Assembly (NCBI GenBank): GCA_965208785.1 | Contig: OZ242356.1 | Coordinates: 447,890 to 511,889 of the forward strand | DNA: 64,000 nt | Reading direction: 5' to 3' | DNA from: Acidimicrobiales bacterium | GTDB lineage: Bacteria; Actinomycetota; Acidimicrobiia; Acidimicrobiales; Bin134 | Shown here: piece after piece, positions 27,703 through 37,437 of the stretch | Layout: each line of letters begins with the position of its first letter | Position numbering within the stretch: the stretch's first letter is position 1 | Translations under genes and position numbers: made by a program | Notes under the pieces: generated by a model | Seen by the model: the letters and a program-made list of their open reading frames with translations, nothing else | Databases searched by the model: none | Told to the model about the DNA's origin: nothing

Positions 27703-28677
27703 TCAATCAGGAATGATCACGACCCAGCGGCGAGGCTCTTGACCCTCTGACACAGTGCTGACACCGTCGATATCGGCCACAACATCGTGAACCACTTTGC
27801 GATCAGCGGCATTCATCGGCTCAAGGGGTCGATCTTCGCCACTGTCCCGCACTTCCAAGGCGATCTTCTCGCAGAAAGACTCGAGAGCTGCCCGGCGGCG
27901 TTCTCGGTAACCACCGATGTCAACCCGAATACGGCCCTCGCAGTTTCCATCCGACTTGCGCTGCACCAGCATCCGGGACAAGTCCTCCACCGCCCTCAGG
28001 GTGTTGCCCTTGGGCCCGATGAGCAAACCCACTCCTGCGGTGTTCTCAACCCTCATCTCCACGGTCTCATCATCGACCCGCGAGGCATACACCTCGGCGT
28101 CCAACTCAAAGGCATCCAAGAGTCCGTCGAGGAACTCGGTCACCAAGGTGCTCTGCTCCTCCAAGCTCATTTGATCTTCCACTGGTCTGCTCTCCCTTTT
28201 TCCTTCCCCCTTCGGGGCTTTTGCTGCTCGGCTATTGCTCGTTTCCTCACTGCCCTTACCGGCATTCTGAGACCTCTGCTGTCGCGACCCCTGCGGCGGA
28301 CGGCCTCCACCGCGAGACTGCGACTTCTGATTGTGATTCTGACCCTGGCCACTCCGCCCTCCACGAGAGCCCCCGGTCGGCGAATTGCCTCGACCCTTTC
28401 CGGAGCCCCCGGTCGGCGAATTGCCTCGACCCTTTCCGGCATTTCGACCCCGGCTTCTGGCATTGGCGTTGCGGCGATTCCGGTTCTGCTTCTCTCGAGG
28501 CACAACTGGCCGCACTCGGGCTCTAATACGCGCCTCTGTGCGCCGAAGACCCAGCAAAGCCGACTTGGGCTCGTCCACTACGGAAAACTCGGCTTCACTG
28601 CGGTCCACACCCAGCCGGTCGAGAGCTGCCTCTTCGGCCTGGGCAATGGTCTTGCCGGTGACTTCCAGCCATTCCAT
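27703..28677 (-). CDS. jag: Jag/EloR (KhpB) RNA-binding protein
   Basis: Jag_N domain, KH motif LLIGPKGNTL, R3H motif DRKVVHD. Confidence 0.93.
   Translation of the reverse strand: MEWLEVTGKTIAQAEEAALDRLGVDRSEAEFSVVDEPKSALLGLRRTEARIRARVRPVVPREKQNRNRRNANARSRGRNAGKGRGNSPTGGSGKGRGNSPTGGSRGGRSGQGQNHNQKSQSRGGGRPPQGSRQQRSQNAGKGSEETSNSRAAKAPKGEGKRESRPVEDQMSLEEQSTLVTEFLDGLLDAFELDAEVYASRVDDETVEMRVENTAGVGLLIGPKGNTLRAVEDLSRMLVQRKSDGNCEGRIRVDIGGYRERRRAALESFCEKIALEVRDSGEDRPLEPMNAADRKVVHDVVADIDGVSTVSEGQEPRRWVVIIPD
28367..28439. repeat. 36-bp in-frame tandem duplication in the jag linker
   Basis: GAGCCCCCGGTCGGCGAATTGCCTCGACCCTTTCCG x2 (GKGRGNSPTGGS x2). Confidence 0.95.
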
Positions 28678-28679
28678 GG

Positions 28680-29888
28680 CTATTTTCTCCTCTTCTTCCG
28701 CCGACGCCGACGATCCGTGGGATGTGACTGATGGCCCTTTTGCGTGGTCCGGCTCGTCTGGCGTTGCTCCGGCGCTGTCTTTGACGACTCTCTGCTGTTC
28801 GTTTTTGTCTCCGAACCCTTGGAGTCTTTTGCCCGCGCCTCTTTCGCCTCAGAGCTCTTCGCCACCCTGGGCGGTGTCCGCTGGCCAGCGGACGCAGCCG
28901 TGGTTCGGCGACTGTCGGTGCGCCTCTTCGGCGGAGTTCTCGATGTGGGTCGCCGGGTACCGTGATCGGCCTCCGGCGCACGGGTACGAGTCGGAGTCTG
29001 AGGGACCGGTTCGGCCGGCACAGGGGGCTGTTCTTCTTCGTCTTCTCTGGAACGGTCGAGAAGTGCTTGCCGCTCGCGGTGAGGGTTGTAAATGCGACGG
29101 GTGATCACAGCCTGCTGTCCTACGCGCACAATGTTCGAGCTCACAAAGTACAAATTCAGGCCGGCGGGAAAAGTTACCGAGATGATCGGCAAGAACCAGG
29201 GCATGACCTTCATGATCATCTGCTGTTGGGGGTTGACCGGCGTGTCAGGATCGCGTCGACCAGCGATCTGGCGCTGCTGGATGTAGCTGGTCACGCCGAT
29301 CAGTATGATCAGCAACAAGAACGGCAGGGCAGTGGAGAAGGAGTCTCGGAATGCACCAGTGAGGCTGGCCGACAGATCCATGCCCAAGAAGTTCATCTCG
29401 GTCGACTCTTCGAGAGCGGCTCTCAATGGGGAGTCAGCCGCCAGATACTCCGGATTAAAGGTCCGCTCTTCAAAATTCGGACTGGATACTGCGCCCTCCC
29501 CAAGAGGCAGCCGCCAACCAACGGTGGACCCTAAATCGCTGACCCGTCGTGTCAACCCCTGAATAAGTCGAAAAAGCACAAAAAATACTGGAAGCTGAGC
29601 GAGCATGGGAAGGCAGCTTCCCAGGGGATTCACGTTGTTAGCCTGGTAGAAGCGCATCGTCTCTTCGTTCATCCGCTGGCGGTCGCCTTGGTATTGCGCC
29701 TGTATCTTCTTGACCTCCGGTTGAAGGGCCTGCATCCGAAGCATCGACCGCGTGGTGTAGAAGGTGATCGGGGTCAAAATCAGCATCACCGTAAGCGTGA
29801 ACAGCATGATGGCGATGCCGTAGCTCTCCCCCAGGGTGTAGTACACCGCCAGCAGCCAGGCGAGCCCGTCGAACAATGCGTCAAACAC
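28680..29888 (-). CDS. yidC: Membrane protein insertase YidC with long basic C-terminal tail
   Basis: MQALQPEVKKIQ, NPLGSCLPMLAQLP, PAGLNLYF. Confidence 0.93.
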   Translation of the reverse strand: MFDALFDGLAWLLAVYYTLGESYGIAIMLFTLTVMLILTPITFYTTRSMLRMQALQPEVKKIQAQYQGDRQRMNEETMRFYQANNVNPLGSCLPMLAQLPVFFVLFRLIQGLTRRVSDLGSTVGWRLPLGEGAVSSPNFEERTFNPEYLAADSPLRAALEESTEMNFLGMDLSASLTGAFRDSFSTALPFLLLIILIGVTSYIQQRQIAGRRDPDTPVNPQQQMIMKVMPWFLPIISVTFPAGLNLYFVSSNIVRVGQQAVITRRIYNPHRERQALLDRSREDEEEQPPVPAEPVPQTPTRTRAPEADHGTRRPTSRTPPKRRTDSRRTTAASAGQRTPPRVAKSSEAKEARAKDSKGSETKTNSRESSKTAPEQRQTSRTTQKGHQSHPTDRRRRRKKRRK

Positions 29889-30273
29889 GGGTCACCGCCC
29901 TGCGAGCCGCGGTGCGGGGTACGTCGGAAACCTCGCATGAACGAGTCGGCTGAAGCGTGGGATCAGGCGCCAGTCGACCGTTTGCGTCTGGTACTGGATC
30001 CCAGCCTGACCGTGCCCCCGGCCGACAGCGCAGCAGCCGGCGCAAGCCCAGCCAGGCACCCTTGGCCGCACCATGCACCTCCACGGCTTCCAATGCATAG
30101 TAGGAGCAGCTCGGAACGTACCGACACGGAGTGGGACGGTGGTCAGTGGCCCGCTGGTAACCCCTGATCAGGCCCTTCACCGCTCGGGCAGCCTTGCTCA
30201 TCCCCAAGTGCTTGCTCTGTCTCATGCGCTTGCTCATCCCAAAGTGCTTGCTCTGATGGCTCACCGAGTTCAT
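29881..30273 (-). CDS. yidD: Membrane protein insertion efficiency factor YidD
   Basis: CRYVPSCSYYA, HGAAKG, LLRCRP, GWDPVP; ATG overlaps the rnpA stop. Confidence 0.92.
   Translation of the reverse strand: MNSVSHQSKHFGMSKRMRQSKHLGMSKAARAVKGLIRGYQRATDHRPTPCRYVPSCSYYALEAVEVHGAAKGAWLGLRRLLRCRPGARSGWDPVPDANGRLAPDPTLQPTRSCEVSDVPRTAARRAVTRV
30193..30255. repeat. 27-bp direct repeat, period 36, in frame at the yidD N-terminus
   Basis: CTTGCTCATCCC(C/A)AAGTGCTTGCTCTG at 30193 and 30229. Confidence 0.9.
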
Positions 30274-30614
30274 GGCCTCGTTCGCTCCAGCCTCGACAAG
30301 CACTCCTGCAACGAAAACCGCAAGTCAGCGTATGGCAACTGTCCCGCACCCCGCTTGGCGCCTATGAGATAGAGGCCCGCTGGCAAGCCACCGGACGATT
30401 CTTGATCGAGGGCGCCCACAATCGCGCGCAAACGGCGCCGGATCGTGTTCCGGATCACCGCTGAACCCACTTGCCGGGGCAATGCATACGCCACGCAGGC
30501 CGCGCCGACGAAGGGGTCCGGCGAGAACCGGACCCACAGCAGCCCATGGCCAACGCGGACACCATCGGCCCTCAGCCGCGCGAACGCCGACCGTCCCCGG
30601 ACCCGCTCAATCAG
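30270..30614 (-). CDS. rnpA: Ribonuclease P protein component (probable CTG start)
   Basis: [18 protein letters not shown]-like motif; the frame extends upstream to CTG overlapping the rpmH TGA. Confidence 0.85.
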   Translation of the reverse strand: MIERVRGRSAFARLRADGVRVGHGLLWVRFSPDPFVGAACVAYALPRQVGSAVIRNTIRRRLRAIVGALDQESSGGLPAGLYLIGAKRGAGQLPYADLRFSLQECLSRLERTRP

Positions 30615-30745
30615 GCCGACAGCCTCTTGCGACCACGGCGCCGGCGAGCACTGATGATCGCCCGCCCGCTTCTTGTCGTCATCCGATGCCGAAAACCGTG
30701 GCGCCGTGCCCGGCGCTGCACATTCGGCTGATACGTTCGCTTCAC
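30611..30745 (-). CDS. rpmH: 50S ribosomal protein L34 (not in ORF track)
   Basis: [44 protein letters not shown]; GGAGG RBS. Confidence 0.98.
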   Translation of the reverse strand: MKRTYQPNVQRRARRHGFRHRMTTRSGRAIISARRRRGRKRLSA

Positions 30746-31031
30746 AACTTCCTCCAAGACCGGGGTACCGTCATCGTGGGGCCCGCCCTACAAGCGCCTC
30801 CCGTCTCCCGGCGTCTCCCCTACGCTACGGCCTTAGCCGGCGTCGTGACAAACATTGCCGCCAACATTGTCACAATTGCCACCTGAGCGACAATAGCAAC
30901 TCTTTCAACATAAGCCCCTGACCTGCTAAAACCACCCAAACGCCCGTGCAAGAACCGGCACGAGGTGCTAAAGTCCCGGATTCCAGGCGAGGCGGTGCCG
31001 ACTTGGTTGGGCAAGACAATAGGAACACTAG

Positions 31032-31062
31032 TTATCCACAGTTTATACACATTTGTGGATAC
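31032..31062. promoter_or_regulatory. DnaA boxes upstream of dnaA
   Basis: TTATCCACA 31032, TTATACACA 31043, TGTGGATAC 31054. Confidence 0.9.
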
Positions 31063-31093
31063 TATATGTCATTTTTTTGGAGTTGCCAACAAA

Positions 31094-32473
31094 ATGGTGT
31101 CTGCAACATTTCTCTGGTCTTCCTTCGAGAGCAGCATACGTGCTCAAATACCTGATGCTGTCTGGCAATCCACATTCAACCCAGCAAGGGCAATGGCGCT
31201 CGAGGAAGATACCCTCGAAATAGTTGTTCCGAACACCATCATCAAAGATCGTCTTGAGGGTGAATATTTTGAAGTCTTGAGAAACGCTTTAGCTAGTTCG
31301 AATGCGGCCCACATAACTCTGAAGATCAGCACTGAGCAGAGTTCCAATGATGACGGCAACCATGTTTCCGTTGTTTCTCCACCTCCAGTCAAGCCACAAG
31401 CAACGAGCACGCCCTCAATGAGCCGAGCGACCACTGCCCTGCATCCAAACTACGTTTTCGACAAATTTGTAACAGGGCCATCTAATCGATTTGCCTTGGC
31501 AGCTGCACTCTCCGTTGCTGAAACCCCTGGTAAATCCTACAATCCACTCTTTATCCACGGTCATGCTGGCCTTGGCAAAACGCATCTGCTGCAAGCCATT
31601 GGCCACTACGTCCAGAGTCACTACGTCGAAGATCAACGTCATCCAATCAAACGAATAGTTTATGTTTCTACCGAGACTTTTCTTAACCAATTTGTGGATG
31701 CAATCAGAACTAACACTCGGAGTGAGTTTAAGAAAATCTACCGAGATGTAGATGTCCTTCTTGTAGATGACATTCAATTTCTTGAAGGTAAAGAAGGGCT
31801 TCAGGAAGAGTTTTTCCACACGTTCAACTCGCTTCATGAAGTAAACAAACAAATTGTTCTTACCAGTGATCGATCTCCTGATGCGATACCTACACTCGAA
31901 GACCGTATGACAAGTCGATTCAAGATGGGATTATTAACCGACATCCAGCCTCCTGATCTTGAAACACGGTTGGCTATTCTTCGGAAAAAGGCAGAACAAT
32001 CGAATGTAGTTCTGGAAGATGACGTACTCACATTTATCGCGAGCAACATTAAGGACAACATTCGAGAACTAGAAGGAGCCCTCACTCGAGTTACTGCATA
32101 CGCCAGCTTTAACGACAAAGCTCTTGATCTTGAACTCGCTCAACTCATTCTTCGAGATATCATGACTCGCCACGAGCCGCAGCCGGTCACAGCCGACGGT
32201 ATCCTGAACGCGACTGCGGAGCTGTTCAGGTTCAGTGTGGATGAGATCGTGGGACCACGGCGACAGCGACCTCTCGTGAAGGCACGCCAGATTTCCATGT
32301 ACGTCTTTCGGGAATTGACCGAGTTAAGCTACCCGGACATCGCGCGCGTCTTCGGAGGTCGCGACCACACCACAGCGATACACGCGGTGCAGAAAATCAC
32401 CAAGCAAATGGCTGAGCAACCGGAGACATTCAATCAGATAAACCAGCTTATACAGAAGATCAAGAATGCTTGA
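31094..32473 (+). CDS. dnaA: Chromosomal replication initiator DnaA
   Basis: YNPLFIHGHAGLGKTHLL, LLVDDIQFL, FFHTFN, GGRDHTT; start placed at ATG 31094, after the DnaA boxes. Confidence 0.98.
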   Translation: MVSATFLWSSFESSIRAQIPDAVWQSTFNPARAMALEEDTLEIVVPNTIIKDRLEGEYFEVLRNALASSNAAHITLKISTEQSSNDDGNHVSVVSPPPVKPQATSTPSMSRATTALHPNYVFDKFVTGPSNRFALAAALSVAETPGKSYNPLFIHGHAGLGKTHLLQAIGHYVQSHYVEDQRHPIKRIVYVSTETFLNQFVDAIRTNTRSEFKKIYRDVDVLLVDDIQFLEGKEGLQEEFFHTFNSLHEVNKQIVLTSDRSPDAIPTLEDRMTSRFKMGLLTDIQPPDLETRLAILRKKAEQSNVVLEDDVLTFIASNIKDNIRELEGALTRVTAYASFNDKALDLELAQLILRDIMTRHEPQPVTADGILNATAELFRFSVDEIVGPRRQRPLVKARQISMYVFRELTELSYPDIARVFGGRDHTTAIHAVQKITKQMAEQPETFNQINQLIQKIKNA

Positions 32474-32715
32474 ACTCAGACGCTGGGGAACGCAATCGGA
32501 ACAACGTGGGTATAGATTGCCCGCGACTGGGGACAACCACCAACTCCTCCACAAGGCACCGGCGCCCACAGCGAGTAATGCACCCGCCTGGGGAAAGGAG
32601 AGACGGATAGTCATGTGCTCTGACCAGGGAAAATGGTATCTTTCCACATTTCCACCGGCCTACTGCTACTAGCAGTAAATATATAAACTAATACAGGCAA
32701 GAAAGTGAGCAACCT
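32474..32715. other. oriC (dnaA-dnaN intergenic region) with degenerate DnaA boxes and unwinding element
   Basis: TGGGGACAA, CTCCTCCACA, TGGGGAAAG, CTTTCCACA-TTTCCACC-GGCC-TACTGCTACTAG followed by an AT-rich tract. Confidence 0.88.
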
Positions 32716-33810
32716 GTGAAATTCCGATGCGAGCGAGACATCCTTTTGGAAGCACTGACGGTAACGGGCAGAGCAGCGGGAACCCGAGGAGGGTTTCACC
32801 TTGTGCTCTCAGGAGTCCACCTGGCGCTGGAAGGCGACGAGCTCACCCTTACGGCAACTGACAGGGAGTTGACCATAGCCGTTCGGCTGACGGTGTCCGG
32901 TGCCGGAGACGGAGCCGCGGTGGTCACCTCTCGGTTGGCGTGCGATGTGGTTCGATCTCTGGATGCCGGGGCGGTGAATGTGACAGTGGATGATGACGGC
33001 ATCCATATCGATTCAGCCCGTTCTAAATTCTCATTGCAGACGATGGGAGCAGAGGACTTTCCACAAGTGGAGGCGCTGGAGGGTGATCCGGTGGTGCTTG
33101 AAGCAGATGGCTTGCTGACAGCCCTGCGTCAAGTGGTGAAAGCGGCATCGGCCGACGAGTCCCGTCCTGTTTTGACCGGTGTGCTGTTGTCAGCAGAGGA
33201 TGAGGGGCTGCGGCTGGTGACAACTGATTCCTATCGGTTGGCTCTGTGCGACTTGCCCGGATTGGAGGTTCTCGGTTCCGACCAAACTGTTTTGGTTCCT
33301 TCACGGGCGCTAAACGAAGTGATTCGCCTGCTCACCGATGTGGAGCAGGTCAGTGTGAGGTTCAATGACCGGGAGGCCTCTTTTGGCCTGGGGGCGATAA
33401 CGGTGAGCACCAGGCTGATTGAGGGGGAGTTTCCCAGCTATCAAGGGTTGATTCCCACTCACCAGCCCAACCGCCTCACTGTCAACAGGGAGGGCTTCAT
33501 CAACGCGGTACGCAGAGTTCGCCTGATGGCCCAGGATTCAACCCCGATTCGGATGGAGATGTCGACGGCTGGTTTGGAGTTGTCGGCAACAACCCAGGAT
33601 GTCGGCGAGGCGACCGAGCAGTTGGATGCCGTCTTTGAGGGTGAAGACCTCACCGTGGCCTTCAATCCCGAATACCTGCTCGATGGGGCCGAGGCAGCGC
33701 CCGGCGAGGAGATCGTGCTGAACACGGTGGACGCCCTGAAACCAGCGGTGATTCGCACACCGGAAACCGAGCAATTCCTGTACTTGCTCATGCCTGTTCG
33801 CATCAACTGA
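32716..33810 (+). CDS. dnaN: DNA polymerase III beta clamp
   Basis: SRPVLTGV, TDSYRL, RLIEGEFP, AFNPEYL, YLLMPVR. Confidence 0.97.
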   Translation: MKFRCERDILLEALTVTGRAAGTRGGFHLVLSGVHLALEGDELTLTATDRELTIAVRLTVSGAGDGAAVVTSRLACDVVRSLDAGAVNVTVDDDGIHIDSARSKFSLQTMGAEDFPQVEALEGDPVVLEADGLLTALRQVVKAASADESRPVLTGVLLSAEDEGLRLVTTDSYRLALCDLPGLEVLGSDQTVLVPSRALNEVIRLLTDVEQVSVRFNDREASFGLGAITVSTRLIEGEFPSYQGLIPTHQPNRLTVNREGFINAVRRVRLMAQDSTPIRMEMSTAGLELSATTQDVGEATEQLDAVFEGEDLTVAFNPEYLLDGAEAAPGEEIVLNTVDALKPAVIRTPETEQFLYLLMPVRIN

Positions 33811-33817
33811 GCGGGAT

Positions 33818-34903
33818 GTGCGGCTTCGGCACCTCTGGTTGGCGAATTTTCGCAGCTATTCCCATCTCGAGCTGGAACTGCCCGCGGGAACCAGCCTGTT
33901 CGTGGGGTCCAACGGCGAGGGCAAGAGCAATCTCTTGGAGGCTGTTTATTACCTGACCACGATGTCGTCGTTTCGAGTCACGGCCGTCGACTCGCTGATC
34001 CGAGCCGGCACAGACGTCTCTGAGGCGGTGGTGAGGGGCGAACTCGTCGCCGGCCAGCGGGAACTCCTGTTGGAGGCAGCACTGCGGGCCACGGGCCGCT
34101 GTCGGTTGCAGGTTAACCGCCAAAGGGTGCGCCGCCGGGAGCTGCTGGGGCTGGTGCCCGTGTCCATTTTCGTGCCCGATGACTTGGTGCTGGTGAAGGG
34201 CGGACCGGGGGAACGCCGTCGATTTGTCGACCATGCACTTGGTCAGATTGACCCCCGACTGGATGCGACCAGGGCCGATGTGGAAAGCATCTTGCGTCAG
34301 CGGAACGCCCTGCTGCGCCGTGCAGGAGGCCGGATTGACTCGGAGACGGCGGTCACGTTGGACGTGTGGGATGAGAAGCTTGCCAACGCAGGCGAGCAGC
34401 TGGCGAGCGCTCGGCGGCATTTGGTGGCAAGCCTCGAGCCCAAGGCGGCGGCGGCGTATGAAGAGATAGCGGTTGATTCGACACCCGTGAAATTGTCTTA
34501 TGAGTCGTCTTGGCCACCGGGTGAGCTGGGCGAGGCCTTGGGACGGGTCCGACGGGAAGACCTCCGCCGAGGAGCAAGCACCGTGGGTCCTCACCGCGAC
34601 GATGTGTCGGTTGTTCTTGCCGGACGGCCGGCTCGCACTCATGCCTCCCAGGGCGAGCAGCGGTCGCTGGCGCTGGCTCTGCGCTTGGCCGTACACCGGG
34701 AGCTGGCAGATGTGACTGGCCAGTCTCCCCTGCTGCTGCTGGACGACGTGTTCTCGGAGTTGGACCCGGAGCGCTCGAAGGGGGTCTTGGAGGCGCTGCG
34801 GTCTGAGCAGACGCTTCTGACCACGGCTGGCACGCTCCCCTCCGGCATCAACTACAACGCTCGATTTCGGGTAGCGGACGGTCGAATCATCCGAGAGGCG
34901 TGA
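33818..34903 (+). CDS. recF: DNA repair protein RecF
   Basis: NFRSY, GSNGEGKSN, GPHRDD, SQGEQRS, LLDDVFSELD. Confidence 0.97.
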   Translation: MRLRHLWLANFRSYSHLELELPAGTSLFVGSNGEGKSNLLEAVYYLTTMSSFRVTAVDSLIRAGTDVSEAVVRGELVAGQRELLLEAALRATGRCRLQVNRQRVRRRELLGLVPVSIFVPDDLVLVKGGPGERRRFVDHALGQIDPRLDATRADVESILRQRNALLRRAGGRIDSETAVTLDVWDEKLANAGEQLASARRHLVASLEPKAAAAYEEIAVDSTPVKLSYESSWPPGELGEALGRVRREDLRRGASTVGPHRDDVSVVLAGRPARTHASQGEQRSLALALRLAVHRELADVTGQSPLLLLDDVFSELDPERSKGVLEALRSEQTLLTTAGTLPSGINYNARFRVADGRIIREA

Positions 34904-34937
34904 CGGTTGCGGCCGTGGAATGGGGCAGACTGGGGCG

Positions 34938-35258
34938 ATGGGGTGGGAACCCTTGCCCAACCGGTCGGGACCGAGGCAGCTGAGCGAAGCTCTAGACAAG
35001 GTGGCATCTCAGCTGAAAGCGCCGCGGCCCCAAGTGCTGAAGAGGGTCTTCGCCGCTTGGGACGAGTTGGTGGGCTCTGTGATGGCGGCTCATTCGTCAC
35101 CGGTGCGACTGGTGGACAAAGAGCTGGTCGTAGCGGTGGACGACCCTGTATGGGCGACCGAGATGAGGTTCTTCAGCGCAGAGCTGATCGATCGGATCAA
35201 CGCGGCGGCGGAAGAAGAAGCCGTCACGAGCTTGAAGGTTCGAGTGCGCCCTCGGTAA
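34938..35258 (+). CDS. DUF721/DciA family protein
   Basis: WDELVG..MAAH, LVVAVDDPVWATEM; position between recF and gyrB. Confidence 0.85.
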   Translation: MGWEPLPNRSGPRQLSEALDKVASQLKAPRPQVLKRVFAAWDELVGSVMAAHSSPVRLVDKELVVAVDDPVWATEMRFFSAELIDRINAAAEEEAVTSLKVRVRPR

Positions 35259-35319
35259 TTCGTGGCGGAAGCCGATTACCGCGTCTCCGGTGAGTCAATC
35301 TGACATCGGGAACTGGTAG

Positions 35320-37422
<2,103 letters not shown>

Positions 37423-37437
37423 GCGACTGGGAGACCC

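Noticed and set aside
30965-31093. Extended DnaA N-terminus given by the ORF track
   Set aside because: It runs through the DnaA boxes and promoter region; ATG 31094 is more plausible.
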